Shown one piece after another: positions 19,501 to 27,849 of a DNA stretch of 48,962 bases. The DNA lies in the NCBI GenBank assembly GCA_946401715.1, contig CAMIVF010000001.1, positions 1 to 48,962 on the forward strand, in the 5' to 3' direction. The stretch is from an uncultured Clostridia bacterium (GTDB lineage Bacteria > Bacillota > Clostridia > Lachnospirales > Lachnospiraceae). The notes under the pieces are model-generated. The model searched no databases and had not been told where the DNA came from. It saw only the letters and a list, made by a program, of their open reading frames with translations. How positions within the stretch are numbered: position 1 is the stretch's first letter; each line of letters starts with the position of its first letter. Made by a program: the position numbers and the translations under genes.

Positions 19501-20098
19501 CGATCCGCTGTGTTTCCCGCGAAAGGGAAAGCTCGATGATCTCCTTCTTTCCTTCCGCGATCAGAAACTGCTCCAGGGCATGCTTCGTCTCTTCCTCACC
19601 GGCCAGGGCCTGCCGCATGGTGCGTGTCTCATAGCCGGCGCCGTCAAGAAACCGGTCAAACCGCGCAGAAGCAAAGACCTGTGCCGCGGCATTCATATCC
19701 TCACAGGCAAGCTGCACCAGGGCCTGTACATCCATCGGTTCTTCCGGAATCACTGCATCCTTTACGTGAAAAGAGTAGGGAATGGATACTTCCCCAAGCT
19801 CAGAACAGATGGTCAGTTTTCCTTCCGCCGTCTCTCCCGCCGCAAGTCCGGTCAGGTCCGCCTGATAGCGGATCTCAGACTTCGGACTGTAGAAGTCTTC
19901 CGTCTGCAGTACGACCCTGGGATTGGAAGAGTATACAAATCCCTTGCACCTCTTTCCTTCCGGATGAGAAACCAGAACACTCCCCCGAAGGATCGCTCCC
20001 TCGTCTGCCTGTTCCGTGATGGAGACAGGCTCATAGACAAGAGCAGGCACATCATATTCAAATGACTCATTCAGAAGCTGTTCCAGGCGTCTACGCAC
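16565..20098 (-). CDS. DUF5717-like large protein (N-terminal beta-rich Ig-like repeats, long helical body)
   Basis: 1177-aa ORF with GTG start and GAGG RBS. Two similar beta-rich N-terminal modules followed by a helical-repeat-like region. Confidence 0.75.
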   Translation of the reverse strand: MRRRLEQLLNESFEYDVPALVYEPVSITEQADEGAILRGSVLVSHPEGKRCKGFVYSSNPRVVLQTEDFYSPKSEIRYQADLTGLAAGETAEGKLTICSELGEVSIPYSFHVKDAVIPEEPMDVQALVQLACEDMNAAAQVFASARFDRFLDGAGYETRTMRQALAGEEETKHALEQFLIAEGKKEIIELSLSRETQRIVNPGGTILEEVTLTKSTWGYMEISITSDTRFVRVEKKHLTTEDFIGSEYPLRYVIDSNFLHAGRNFGRITVHTCYQTLAFELCVEVRGGADLRAHRVQNVMLRKAISLYLDYRLGRIDLRQWTERTNGVIESYQRTGGKNLFADLLSVFVMQAAGKRSSAERQLRRIEQNPEILEDANAQAVWLYLSTFFSRDEDYRMRVREQMRELSLKNRSSWLILWLNLYLLEDEQGGESGKLERILRYLEQYRASTILLLEGVQIIRENPFLIHEWTPGARMLLSWAVKEKTLDERLVLHSMNLIRRRGGYDPSTFRMLEACWEETNLDDVLAVRTQMAIAGEKTDEKYFPLYQSAVARDLKITGLYEYYIRTMSEVRIEQMPQVIRRYFILNDTMDWRRKARIYRNLSDSEENIPQIFSAMRQGMEKFVTDQIQMGHINEDLSVLISRYLVRQMVTPQLARKLIRLLFTFEVDCLSPDMKKVIVADERRSREHSCAIVDHMAQVRIYSEQSRILLEDETGRRYTSTSLYMAQHLLNDTSLMNLCVREAADDPSLVMFFTLNPKVRQPITHKTLKFYLEAARMAAFSESYRVQLKKWLLEYYYANPQEETLSSFLRESDMETYVRIDRAKYLSLLTVDGRYERAWLVLEKYGTQDVDLNLLMRILSQIVISREYEEDRTLLGMCAYLFAAGKVEEHVLIYLLMYYEGPVESMKNLWRAGREYGLETINLEKKILSLILFMRQGSENSEQIYRSYRRSLGSRRICQAYVILRCYEYLVKGSPVLETVFDDCLTDYKKGGKLPDVCALALLQYLSRLPAYTKEQREAAVTLLQMYSGRGIRFAFFQRFPFDMRRNLGCDDRVFCEAVASTRSTVKLFYRIRYKNEPFTEVTMKDVFEGIRVREFVLFEGEQLECYTEETKEDGSKVVSSHRVLKAGAVPEELQMSRYGRMNQMARNLEKGDEAAFREELKEYRQLDALTKELFTLL

Positions 20099-20146
20099 AA
20101 CAAAACCTCATTCTCCACTGTCCGGCACGGTATTTCAAAAGCTGAT

Positions 20147-20596
20147 TCAGTGTATCAGCGTTTTCAGCTCGTCCATGAATGTTTCTACATCCTTGAATTC
20201 CCGGTAAACAGAAGCAAACCTGACATAAGCAACCGGGTCGAGCGCCTTGAGCCGGTGCATGATCATCTCTCCGATCTCGGCACTGCTGACCTCGGAACCC
20301 TTCCGGCTGTAGATGTCCGCCTCAACCTTGTCGATCATGGACTCAATCTGCGTGATCGGCACCGGCCGTTTGTAGCAGGCACGCATCACACCGGACTCAA
20401 TCTTGCTGCGGTCATACTGCTGTCTGGTGCTGTCCTTCTTGATCACAACCAGCGGAATGGCTTCGATCTTCTCATACGTCGTAAACCGCTTCCCGCACTG
20501 GTCACACTGCCTTCTGCGCCGGATGGAATTCGTCTCCTCCACCGGTCTGGAATCCGTCACCCTGGTGTCGTCACTTCCGCAATATGGACATCTCAT
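20147..20596 (-). CDS. nrdR: Transcriptional repressor NrdR
   Basis: MRCPYC...DSR...IRRRRQCDQCGKRFTTYE zinc ribbon, ATP cone, VAYVRFASVYREF. Confidence 0.97.
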   Translation of the reverse strand: MRCPYCGSDDTRVTDSRPVEETNSIRRRRQCDQCGKRFTTYEKIEAIPLVVIKKDSTRQQYDRSKIESGVMRACYKRPVPITQIESMIDKVEADIYSRKGSEVSSAEIGEMIMHRLKALDPVAYVRFASVYREFKDVETFMDELKTLIH

Positions 20597-20649
20597 GTCG
20601 GTTTCTCCCCTTTCCTTTCCCCTGAACTGTAACAGTATAACATAACCCC

Positions 20650-21276
20650 TTATTCAAAGAACAGGTATTTTGCCGCCTGTACAAGAATATCCGCGCTCTT
20701 CTCAACGCCAAGCTTTCCGGAATCAATCAGGATATGGCGCCCGGCAACCTCGTCTTCCGGGTGGGAAGAAAATCTTTTGCGGTATACCTCCCTGGCCCTG
20801 TCCTCATTCTGGACGAGCGCCCTGGCTTCTTCCTCCCCGGTGTGAAGCATCTGCATGGTATTCCTGATCCGCTCTTCATCGGAGGCATAGATGAAAACAT
20901 GAAGCGCACGGGGATGCTCCTCAAAGAGCCTGTCTGCACACCGTCCGAGGATGATGCAGGATCCTTCCTGCGCCAGAGCGCGGATGACCCCGCTCTGCCG
21001 CTCAAACTCCAGCTGTGCCTCATCGCGGGCTTCATCGTGCATCTCACGGCGGAACAGCCCCATCAGAAGGCTCTTCGTTCCGGCCTCTGTCCTGCCTTTT
21101 TCTGCTGTCTTCTCTTCGCTTTCCCCCTTGCCCAGTTCCATCTGCAGGCTCTGCACTCTGGCCTCCACAGCACTCCGGTCATAAACCGGTATGCCCAGCG
21201 CACTGCTCATCATACCGGCAATCTCATGACTCTTGCTCGCAAACCGGCGGGATATCGTGATGATATAATTCTCCAT
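20650..21276 (-). CDS. Cytidylate kinase-like family protein
   Basis: Start MENYIITISR with AGGAGG RBS. Contains SCIILGRCAD, LHVFIYA and ILIDSG. P-loop is degenerate. Confidence 0.8.
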   Translation of the reverse strand: MENYIITISRRFASKSHEIAGMMSSALGIPVYDRSAVEARVQSLQMELGKGESEEKTAEKGRTEAGTKSLLMGLFRREMHDEARDEAQLEFERQSGVIRALAQEGSCIILGRCADRLFEEHPRALHVFIYASDEERIRNTMQMLHTGEEEARALVQNEDRAREVYRKRFSSHPEDEVAGRHILIDSGKLGVEKSADILVQAAKYLFFE

Positions 21277-21286
21277 ACCCTCCTCC

Positions 21287-22504
21287 TTACCTTCTTCCCA
21301 TCCGCACTGAGGCGAGGACGATGCACAGTCCCATGCAGCACGAGAGCGCCAGCATCGCCAGCGTACAGGCTGACATCGTAAATGAGTGTGACACTGACTG
21401 TACAAAGGGTGTAATCATGGCGTCCGCTCCAAAGTAAAACGCCGGAATCAGACCGGTCATGCCCATCTGCACTTCTTCGTCAAAACGCTCGTCGTCCATC
21501 TGAATCAGATTCGGAAAGATCATTCCCGCGCCAAACCCGCAGCCGGCACGCAGCAATATCACAATCAAGCCTGCCGTCTGTCCCGTCTGTACCAGGACAA
21601 AGCAGCCTGCAAGAACAATTATTGTGAGAACGGAACCGGCCAGGCATGCACGCCTGGCATTTTTTCGAAGGAGTCCGATTACAATCCGGCCTGCCGCCAT
21701 CCCGCCGCACACGGTCAGAACACTCATCGCAAGGTCCGCGGCCGGATCTCCCTGCAGAGCCTGCGCGCTGTAAGTCAGGTGAACCGCTGAAAGAAGCAGA
21801 AGGCCGCAGCTGACAGCCGACCCGTACAGGAACAGAAGCCGGACCAGCCAGGCTTCTTCAAACCGCTCATCCAGAGAGCCCCTTTTCCGGATCAGTTCTT
21901 CTGCACGTTTCTGTCTCTGAATCCCTCTCTCCCGCTTCTGTTTCTTCAGAATCACAGCGACATCCCGCAGGAGTGTTCTCCTGAGGAGAAATACACTCAT
22001 ACACAGAACCACCTGAAGAATTGCCAGTCCCTGGCAGGCTGTACGCCAGCTGCGCCCCAGGGAGAGAATGTACTGCACAAAAGAAACACCTGCCCCCATC
22101 CCGCAGGCACTGGCCGCAAACAGAAGACTCGTCTTTTTTGACCAGGTCCCCCTGAGCAGATAACAGATCAGCGTCATACACAGTCCAAAAGAAAACCCCA
22201 GCGCCGTCATCCATACCGCCAGATTCCAGAATTCTCTGGACATGGAGAAGCCGATCAGGGACATCGCCTCCAGAGCAACCGCTCCCACGATGAGATCCCT
22301 GGCCATAATATAGTCTCTGATCCGGTCGGAAAGGATCACCGCCGCCACTGCGCCTGCGCTTCCCAGCAGCCGAAGCAGTGCAATATAAGGAATCTCCACG
22401 GTCATGCTTTCACCGATCTGTTCCCAGATCACACCCAGGATCTGAGCCGGAAGCGCACCGGCAAACAGTGCAAGCGTGACCGAAATATAATATGTCACTG
22501 CCAT
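21287..22504 (-). CDS. MFS transporter (divergent)
   Basis: About 12 TM helices in two halves with a long basic central loop. Motif-A-like ILSDRIRD. Confidence 0.75.
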   Translation of the reverse strand: MAVTYYISVTLALFAGALPAQILGVIWEQIGESMTVEIPYIALLRLLGSAGAVAAVILSDRIRDYIMARDLIVGAVALEAMSLIGFSMSREFWNLAVWMTALGFSFGLCMTLICYLLRGTWSKKTSLLFAASACGMGAGVSFVQYILSLGRSWRTACQGLAILQVVLCMSVFLLRRTLLRDVAVILKKQKRERGIQRQKRAEELIRKRGSLDERFEEAWLVRLLFLYGSAVSCGLLLLSAVHLTYSAQALQGDPAADLAMSVLTVCGGMAAGRIVIGLLRKNARRACLAGSVLTIIVLAGCFVLVQTGQTAGLIVILLRAGCGFGAGMIFPNLIQMDDERFDEEVQMGMTGLIPAFYFGADAMITPFVQSVSHSFTMSACTLAMLALSCCMGLCIVLASVRMGRR

Positions 22505-23454
22505 GATGAATGTCCTTCTTTCTCCCGGATCCTGGCTGCGATCCGGGCAAGGCGCTGAAGCCGGTGGTTGATTCCGCTTCTGCCGACCGGAGGATTGGAA
22601 GCATCTGCCAGTTCCTGCAGGCTTCCGTCCGGATTCTCGACTCTCAGGCGGGCGGTCTGCTGCAGCGGTTCACTCAGGGAGTGAATGCCGATCGTCCGCT
22701 CTATCAGTGCGATATCCTCCAGCTGCCGGCCTGAAGCAATCCCGGTTTTCTTCAGATTCGCCGCTTCGAAATTGACCTGCCGGTTGATATTTCCCGCAAT
22801 ATCCTTCAGAATCCTGGCATTCTCCAGCTTCATCAGGCTCTGCGTCGCCCCGATGGATCCGAGGAAATCAGAAATCTGCTCTCCATCCTTCAGGTAGACG
22901 ACACTGCGCCCCTTCCTCCGGGTGCATTTTGCCTGGAAACCAATGGAGGAAAGCAGCTTCAGAACGCTTTCGGCATCATCTTCTCCAAGCGGAGCAATCT
23001 CCAGATGGTAGCTCCCGGCAGGATCGCTGACCGATCCTGCCGCGAGGAACAGACCCCGGAGAAAGGTTTTCCGGCAGCAGGTTTTCTGCAGCAGAACCGG
23101 GGACACAGGCTTTGACACCGCCTGCTGAGCGCTCTGTCCGCTCCCGCCGTCCTCCATACGGATCGCATGGTCAAGCTTGAGCATTTCCAGAAATCTGGTC
23201 ACCTGCTGTTTCCCGACGGTCTGTACGGTGATTTCCCGTCCACTCTTTTCGACCTCTATGTTTTCGAGTCTGACCCTTCTGAGCGCAGCTTCAAACGCCG
23301 CAGCCGCATACGGGTTCTCTGTCCGGATTCCGGCGCGCTCCTGCTTCAGGACCGGGCACAGATGAAACAGCGCGGCAATGAGCGCGATCGCACAATGCCT
23401 CGCCGGACTGTTGACAAGTGCAAGCTCTTCTTTGACTCCGGACGAAAATGACAT
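22495..23454 (-). CDS. whiA: DNA-binding protein WhiA
   Basis: MSFSSGVKEEL, FLRGLFLAAGSVSDP..YHLE, VYLKDGEQISDFL, NRQVNFEAANL, RSGINHRL. Confidence 0.95.
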   Translation of the reverse strand: MSFSSGVKEELALVNSPARHCAIALIAALFHLCPVLKQERAGIRTENPYAAAAFEAALRRVRLENIEVEKSGREITVQTVGKQQVTRFLEMLKLDHAIRMEDGGSGQSAQQAVSKPVSPVLLQKTCCRKTFLRGLFLAAGSVSDPAGSYHLEIAPLGEDDAESVLKLLSSIGFQAKCTRRKGRSVVYLKDGEQISDFLGSIGATQSLMKLENARILKDIAGNINRQVNFEAANLKKTGIASGRQLEDIALIERTIGIHSLSEPLQQTARLRVENPDGSLQELADASNPPVGRSGINHRLQRLARIAARIREKEGHSSWQ

Positions 23455-23462
23455 CTCTTCTC

Positions 23463-24317
23463 CTACTGCCGTGAAATATCCCTGTGAAGCACCGAAACCG
23501 CCCAGGGGCTATTGACAAATGCATCCGCAATCCTGTTGGCCATCGTGACGGACCGGTGTCTGCCGCCGGTGCAGCCCACACAGATCATCAGCTGTCTCTT
23601 GCCTTCCGCACAGTACTTCGGGATCAGGAATTCCAGAAGGTCCGTTATCTTTTTCAGAAATTCGTCCGCCTCACCGCTCTGGCACACATACTGCTGCACC
23701 TCAGGGTCATTGCCGGTTTTATGCTTCAGCTCATCCACATAGAAAGGATTGGGCAGGAACCGGACATCAAAGACCAGGTCCGCGTCCGACGGAATTCCGT
23801 ATTTATAGCCAAAGGAAAGGATGGACAGAAACAGGCTGCTCTGGTCCGCACCTTCTGAAAACAGGCGGGACAGCTCTTCCCTGAGCTGCCTGGTCAGCAG
23901 TTCACTGGTGTCAATCACGTAGTCCGCCATGTCCCTGAGCGGCATCAGATACGCTCTCTCCCTGGCGATCCCGTCCTCGATCCGTTCTCCATTGGAGAGC
24001 GGATGCAGCCTGCGGGAATACTTGTACCGGCGTACCAGCTGCTGCTGACTGCAGTCCAGAAAGAGAATCTCATGCGGATACGCTTTCATGATCTCCAGAA
24101 ACCGCTCCACACTTTCGCTGCCTTTATACAGGCTTCTCACATCCAGTCCAAGGGCTACCTTGCTGTACTCCTGCGCAGGAGCAGCAGCAAGCTCCGCAAA
24201 CTTTCCGACCAGCTCCAGCGGCAGGTTATCCACGCAGAAATAACCCATGTCCTCCAGCATCTTCAGAGCCTGTGTTTTTCCTGATCCGGACATTCCGGTC
24301 ACTACCACAAATCTCAT
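23463..24317 (-). CDS. rapZ: RNase adapter RapZ (YvcJ)
   Basis: VTGMSGSGKT, CVDNLP, SFGYKYGIP, DVRFLPNP, GCTGGRHRSV. Confidence 0.96.
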   Translation of the reverse strand: MRFVVVTGMSGSGKTQALKMLEDMGYFCVDNLPLELVGKFAELAAAPAQEYSKVALGLDVRSLYKGSESVERFLEIMKAYPHEILFLDCSQQQLVRRYKYSRRLHPLSNGERIEDGIARERAYLMPLRDMADYVIDTSELLTRQLREELSRLFSEGADQSSLFLSILSFGYKYGIPSDADLVFDVRFLPNPFYVDELKHKTGNDPEVQQYVCQSGEADEFLKKITDLLEFLIPKYCAEGKRQLMICVGCTGGRHRSVTMANRIADAFVNSPWAVSVLHRDISRQ

Positions 24318-24339
24318 GTCTGTCCTTTGCTTCTTTCTG

Positions 24340-27300
24340 TCACTGAGATGAAGTTTCGTCCTCTTCGAACCCCAGCATCCTGACCTCCGGTTCCAGCCTT
24401 ACGCCTGCGTTCTCATACACCGCGTTCTGCACCGCGCTGATCAGGTTCCTCACATCTTCCGCCGTCGCGCCGCCCGTGTTGACGACGAAACCGCAGTGTT
24501 TCTCCGATACCTGCGCGCCGCCCTCCCGGTATCCGCGCAGGCCCGCTTCCTCAATCAGGGCTCCGGCATAGTATCCCTCCGGCCGCTTAAAGGTTGATCC
24601 GGCGCTTGGCAGCTCCAGCGGCTGTTTTGACTGACGTCTGTCACGCAGTTCTTCCATGGCAGCCAGGATCTGCTCCTTCTCTCCCTTCTGCAGCACCATG
24701 CAGGCGGAAAGAATAATCAGGTGTTCTCTCTGCGCTCTGGATGTGCGGTATGCAAATTCCATTTCCTCGCAGGAAAGCTCCCGGATCCGGCCTTCCTTGT
24801 CCAGCACGCGCACAGACCTGACGATGTCCTTCATCTCCGTGCCATACGCCCCGGCATTCATGGTCAGGGCGCCGCCCAGCGTTCCCGGAATCCCGGACAG
24901 TGCTTCCATCCCCGTCAAAGACGCTTCCAGCGCGCGGCGTGCGATCGATGAAAGCAGTGCGCCTGCCTGTGCTTCTATCTCACATTCGTTCACACGGATT
25001 GCAGACAGGTTCTTCGCGATCTGGATGATAACGCCGCGGTATCCCCGGTCTGAGACAAGCAGGTTGCTTCCGTTTCCGATGACTGCATGCCGGACCGCTT
25101 TCTGGCAGCAGTAACCCAGGACATACGAAAGCTCCGCTTCGCTGCGCGGCATGACAAACACGTCCGCCTCCCCGCCGATCCGGAAGGTCGTATGCTTCTT
25201 CATGCTCTCATGCTCCAGGCAGGCATCTTCTCCCACGATATCGATCAGATCAGCTGCAATCTCCTCTGTGAATGCTCTTTCTTCCGCCATGATTTTCTCT
25301 TTCTTTCTCTTTTTTCTCTCATACCAGAAGCTTATTGCGATCAGTATCAGGCAGGCAAGACTCACGGCAAGGCCGGTCTTAATGCCATCCGGCAGATAGG
25401 AAAGCCTGATCTCATGTGCTCCCTTCGTCAGCGCCAGTCCCAGCAGCGCCTCGCCAATCAGGTCAGCCTCCACTTTCTCGCCGTCCACCATGCAGGTCCA
25501 GTTCCGGTCATAGGGGATCGTGAGCACGAGTTCCCCGTCCCGGTCGGCCTGAATGGTTCCCGAAAGCGTGCTGCCCTCCGTTCTGACCTGTTCCAGGACA
25601 CTTGCTGACAGCGCCTTGATCACTTCCTCCTCCAGCGCATCCGGGCAGGTATAGATGATGGCTTCCTGTCCGGCGCCTCCTTTGGTCTTCGCTTCCAGGG
25701 AGGCTTCAAAGGAATCGCCGCATGCTTCTATCACATACAGATGATCCGTAAATGTGGTGTAGGTTTTCGTGTACTCCGGCGATTTTACCACCAGCTCATT
25801 GACACGTTCCGGCAGATATACATAAACCTGTTTTCCTTCCGGAATCCGGATCGGACAGCTCTCCCCATCCTTGAGTGTTGCATAGCGGTCCAGGGTATAG
25901 ATCGGTTCATGGCCGGTGGCCAGCTGTACAAAATCGTCCTGGACATCGATCGGCGTCGATCCGGACAGATCCCAGTCTGTGACCTCGGGATTTGCCAGGA
26001 ATCCGATGGGCAGGGCATCCTCATTCTTGTATACCGTCAGATTGTTATCCTTCGTGAGTTCCTCAAACCCGTACAGCGTACTGCCCTTGCCGTGCGCACT
26101 CAGCACATACCTGATGCCGAACACGTCATTCATCAGATCCGTGACACCGTTGTAGCCGTTCTTGTTGGTGCGCGCCTCCATGCCGATCCGGTCACAGAAG
26201 TTCGTCACCGATTCCTGCATGGTGGAGTTGAACATGACTACGGAATTACCGCCGCAAAACAAAGTTACATTCCGCATCCTCTGCGCATCCACCTCGGAGC
26301 GGTACCAGCCTTCGTCCCCGATCTGCGCCATCAGGCTCTTGTAGGAGCGCTGGTCATCCAGGTAAATGGACCGTGTGACGGAATCGTTGCAGATGATTCC
26401 GTAGATCCCGCTTGCGCCCGCCTCTGTAATACACAGGGCAGAAAGCAGCAGTCCTGCAGCGCGCCTCGGCATCCGGACCCGGCGCAGGACAAGCAGCATC
26501 AAGAGGTATCCGGTCAGAAGAATAAGCGTGACCAGGTACACCTCGTCCGGGTATGGATTGTTTTCATAGTCCTCCCCATACTGTCCGATCAGGCATACCA
26601 GCGCAAAAACAACCGGAGCTGTCCCTCCCACGATCACACGCCACAGACTCAGCCTCTTCAGGTCTTTGAGCGCATCATAGGACATCGTCAGCACGATGGC
26701 GATGTACACAAAGGCAAACCGGTTCGGCAGCCCGTTCTGCTGGTGAAATCCATGCCAGATATAATTGAGCGTTTTCATGCTGAAGCTCAGGAGCAGAATC
26801 CCGGCCAGCGCGATTCTGGCGATCCTTTCCCTGAGCGGGCAGTACCGGTCCAGTGCAAACAGAAGCACCAGAATCAGGACGCTCACGCCGCAGTACGCAT
26901 TCAGCCCGACCTGCGTGTTCGCGATATTGATCGGTTTGATCATCGCAAAATGCGTCAGCAGCATATCTACAAAGCTGTCAAACGTCTGCAATGTAATCGG
27001 CAGCCTGTTGTTCTGCATTGCCTCAGAGATCGTAAGCGCCCGGTAGGCGGGCAGCAGCACCACAGCCCCGCATCCGCCTGCCAGGACGGACCACCAACCA
27101 TAGCGCACAACTCTTGAGAAAAACCTTTTCACACTGCACCTGCCGGCAGTGATCAGGCAGACCGCAAAATAAAGCACCGAGAAGATGCACAGCATGAAGC
27201 CGATATAATAATTGCACCAGATCCCGAACGCGAGAGCAATTCCGTACAGTCTTCCGTCAGAGGAATCCGACAGCACGCGGTTTCTCCCGATCCCGCAGAT

Positions 27301-27825
27301 CTGCTCAATTCCGCACATGCACAGCGGAAGCATCGCCACGGAATCGAGCCACATCAGGTTAAAATAATACCCGATCACAAAATTGCTCAGGGCAAACATC
27401 GTCCCGAACGCTGCGCTCAGGCCAAACGCCCTGGTATTTCTGCGGTGCAGGTACCAGGTCATGGTTCCGCCGCACAGTCCGATCTTCAGAAGGATCACCA
27501 GATCCATGAAATCGCACACATTTTCCGTCGGTACAAGTGCGATCAGGAAATTGACGGGACTGGCCAGGTAATAGGCGTAGGTTGCCCAGAAATTGTAACC
27601 AAACCCTGCCTGGAAGGAATAGAAAAGGCTTCCCCCTGACCTCAGTTTCTCATGAAAATCCGTATAAAACGGCAGATACTGATGGAGAGAATCGATGATC
27701 AGAACCGTTCCGTCTCCAAAAGGCCAGATTCCGATCAGTATAAATCCGGTTCCTGCCAGCAGAATCGGAATCAGCATTCCGATCCAGAAATAATATGCTC
27801 CCGTATGTCTGCGTGATGCCTGCAT
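24340..27825 (-). CDS. murB: Fusion protein: N-terminal YfhO-family membrane glycosyltransferase + C-terminal UDP-N-acetylenolpyruvoylglucosamine reductase (MurB)
   Basis: About aa 1-845 are YfhO-like (DSLHQYLPF, YYLASP, NLMWLD, WHGF..QNGLPNRF, TIPYDRNW..VDG). From about 25290: HTTFRIGG, IGNGSNLL, GIPGTLGGALTMNAGAYG, FAYRTS, KQPLELPSAGSTFKRP, VSEKHCGF, LEPEV. No stop between the two parts. Confidence 0.88.
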   Translation of the reverse strand: MQASRRHTGAYYFWIGMLIPILLAGTGFILIGIWPFGDGTVLIIDSLHQYLPFYTDFHEKLRSGGSLFYSFQAGFGYNFWATYAYYLASPVNFLIALVPTENVCDFMDLVILLKIGLCGGTMTWYLHRRNTRAFGLSAAFGTMFALSNFVIGYYFNLMWLDSVAMLPLCMCGIEQICGIGRNRVLSDSSDGRLYGIALAFGIWCNYYIGFMLCIFSVLYFAVCLITAGRCSVKRFFSRVVRYGWWSVLAGGCGAVVLLPAYRALTISEAMQNNRLPITLQTFDSFVDMLLTHFAMIKPINIANTQVGLNAYCGVSVLILVLLFALDRYCPLRERIARIALAGILLLSFSMKTLNYIWHGFHQQNGLPNRFAFVYIAIVLTMSYDALKDLKRLSLWRVIVGGTAPVVFALVCLIGQYGEDYENNPYPDEVYLVTLILLTGYLLMLLVLRRVRMPRRAAGLLLSALCITEAGASGIYGIICNDSVTRSIYLDDQRSYKSLMAQIGDEGWYRSEVDAQRMRNVTLFCGGNSVVMFNSTMQESVTNFCDRIGMEARTNKNGYNGVTDLMNDVFGIRYVLSAHGKGSTLYGFEELTKDNNLTVYKNEDALPIGFLANPEVTDWDLSGSTPIDVQDDFVQLATGHEPIYTLDRYATLKDGESCPIRIPEGKQVYVYLPERVNELVVKSPEYTKTYTTFTDHLYVIEACGDSFEASLEAKTKGGAGQEAIIYTCPDALEEEVIKALSASVLEQVRTEGSTLSGTIQADRDGELVLTIPYDRNWTCMVDGEKVEADLIGEALLGLALTKGAHEIRLSYLPDGIKTGLAVSLACLILIAISFWYERKKRKKEKIMAEERAFTEEIAADLIDIVGEDACLEHESMKKHTTFRIGGEADVFVMPRSEAELSYVLGYCCQKAVRHAVIGNGSNLLVSDRGYRGVIIQIAKNLSAIRVNECEIEAQAGALLSSIARRALEASLTGMEALSGIPGTLGGALTMNAGAYGTEMKDIVRSVRVLDKEGRIRELSCEEMEFAYRTSRAQREHLIILSACMVLQKGEKEQILAAMEELRDRRQSKQPLELPSAGSTFKRPEGYYAGALIEEAGLRGYREGGAQVSEKHCGFVVNTGGATAEDVRNLISAVQNAVYENAGVRLEPEVRMLGFEEDETSSQ

Positions 27826-27849
27826 GAATAATCCTGTTCCTGTTTCCTG

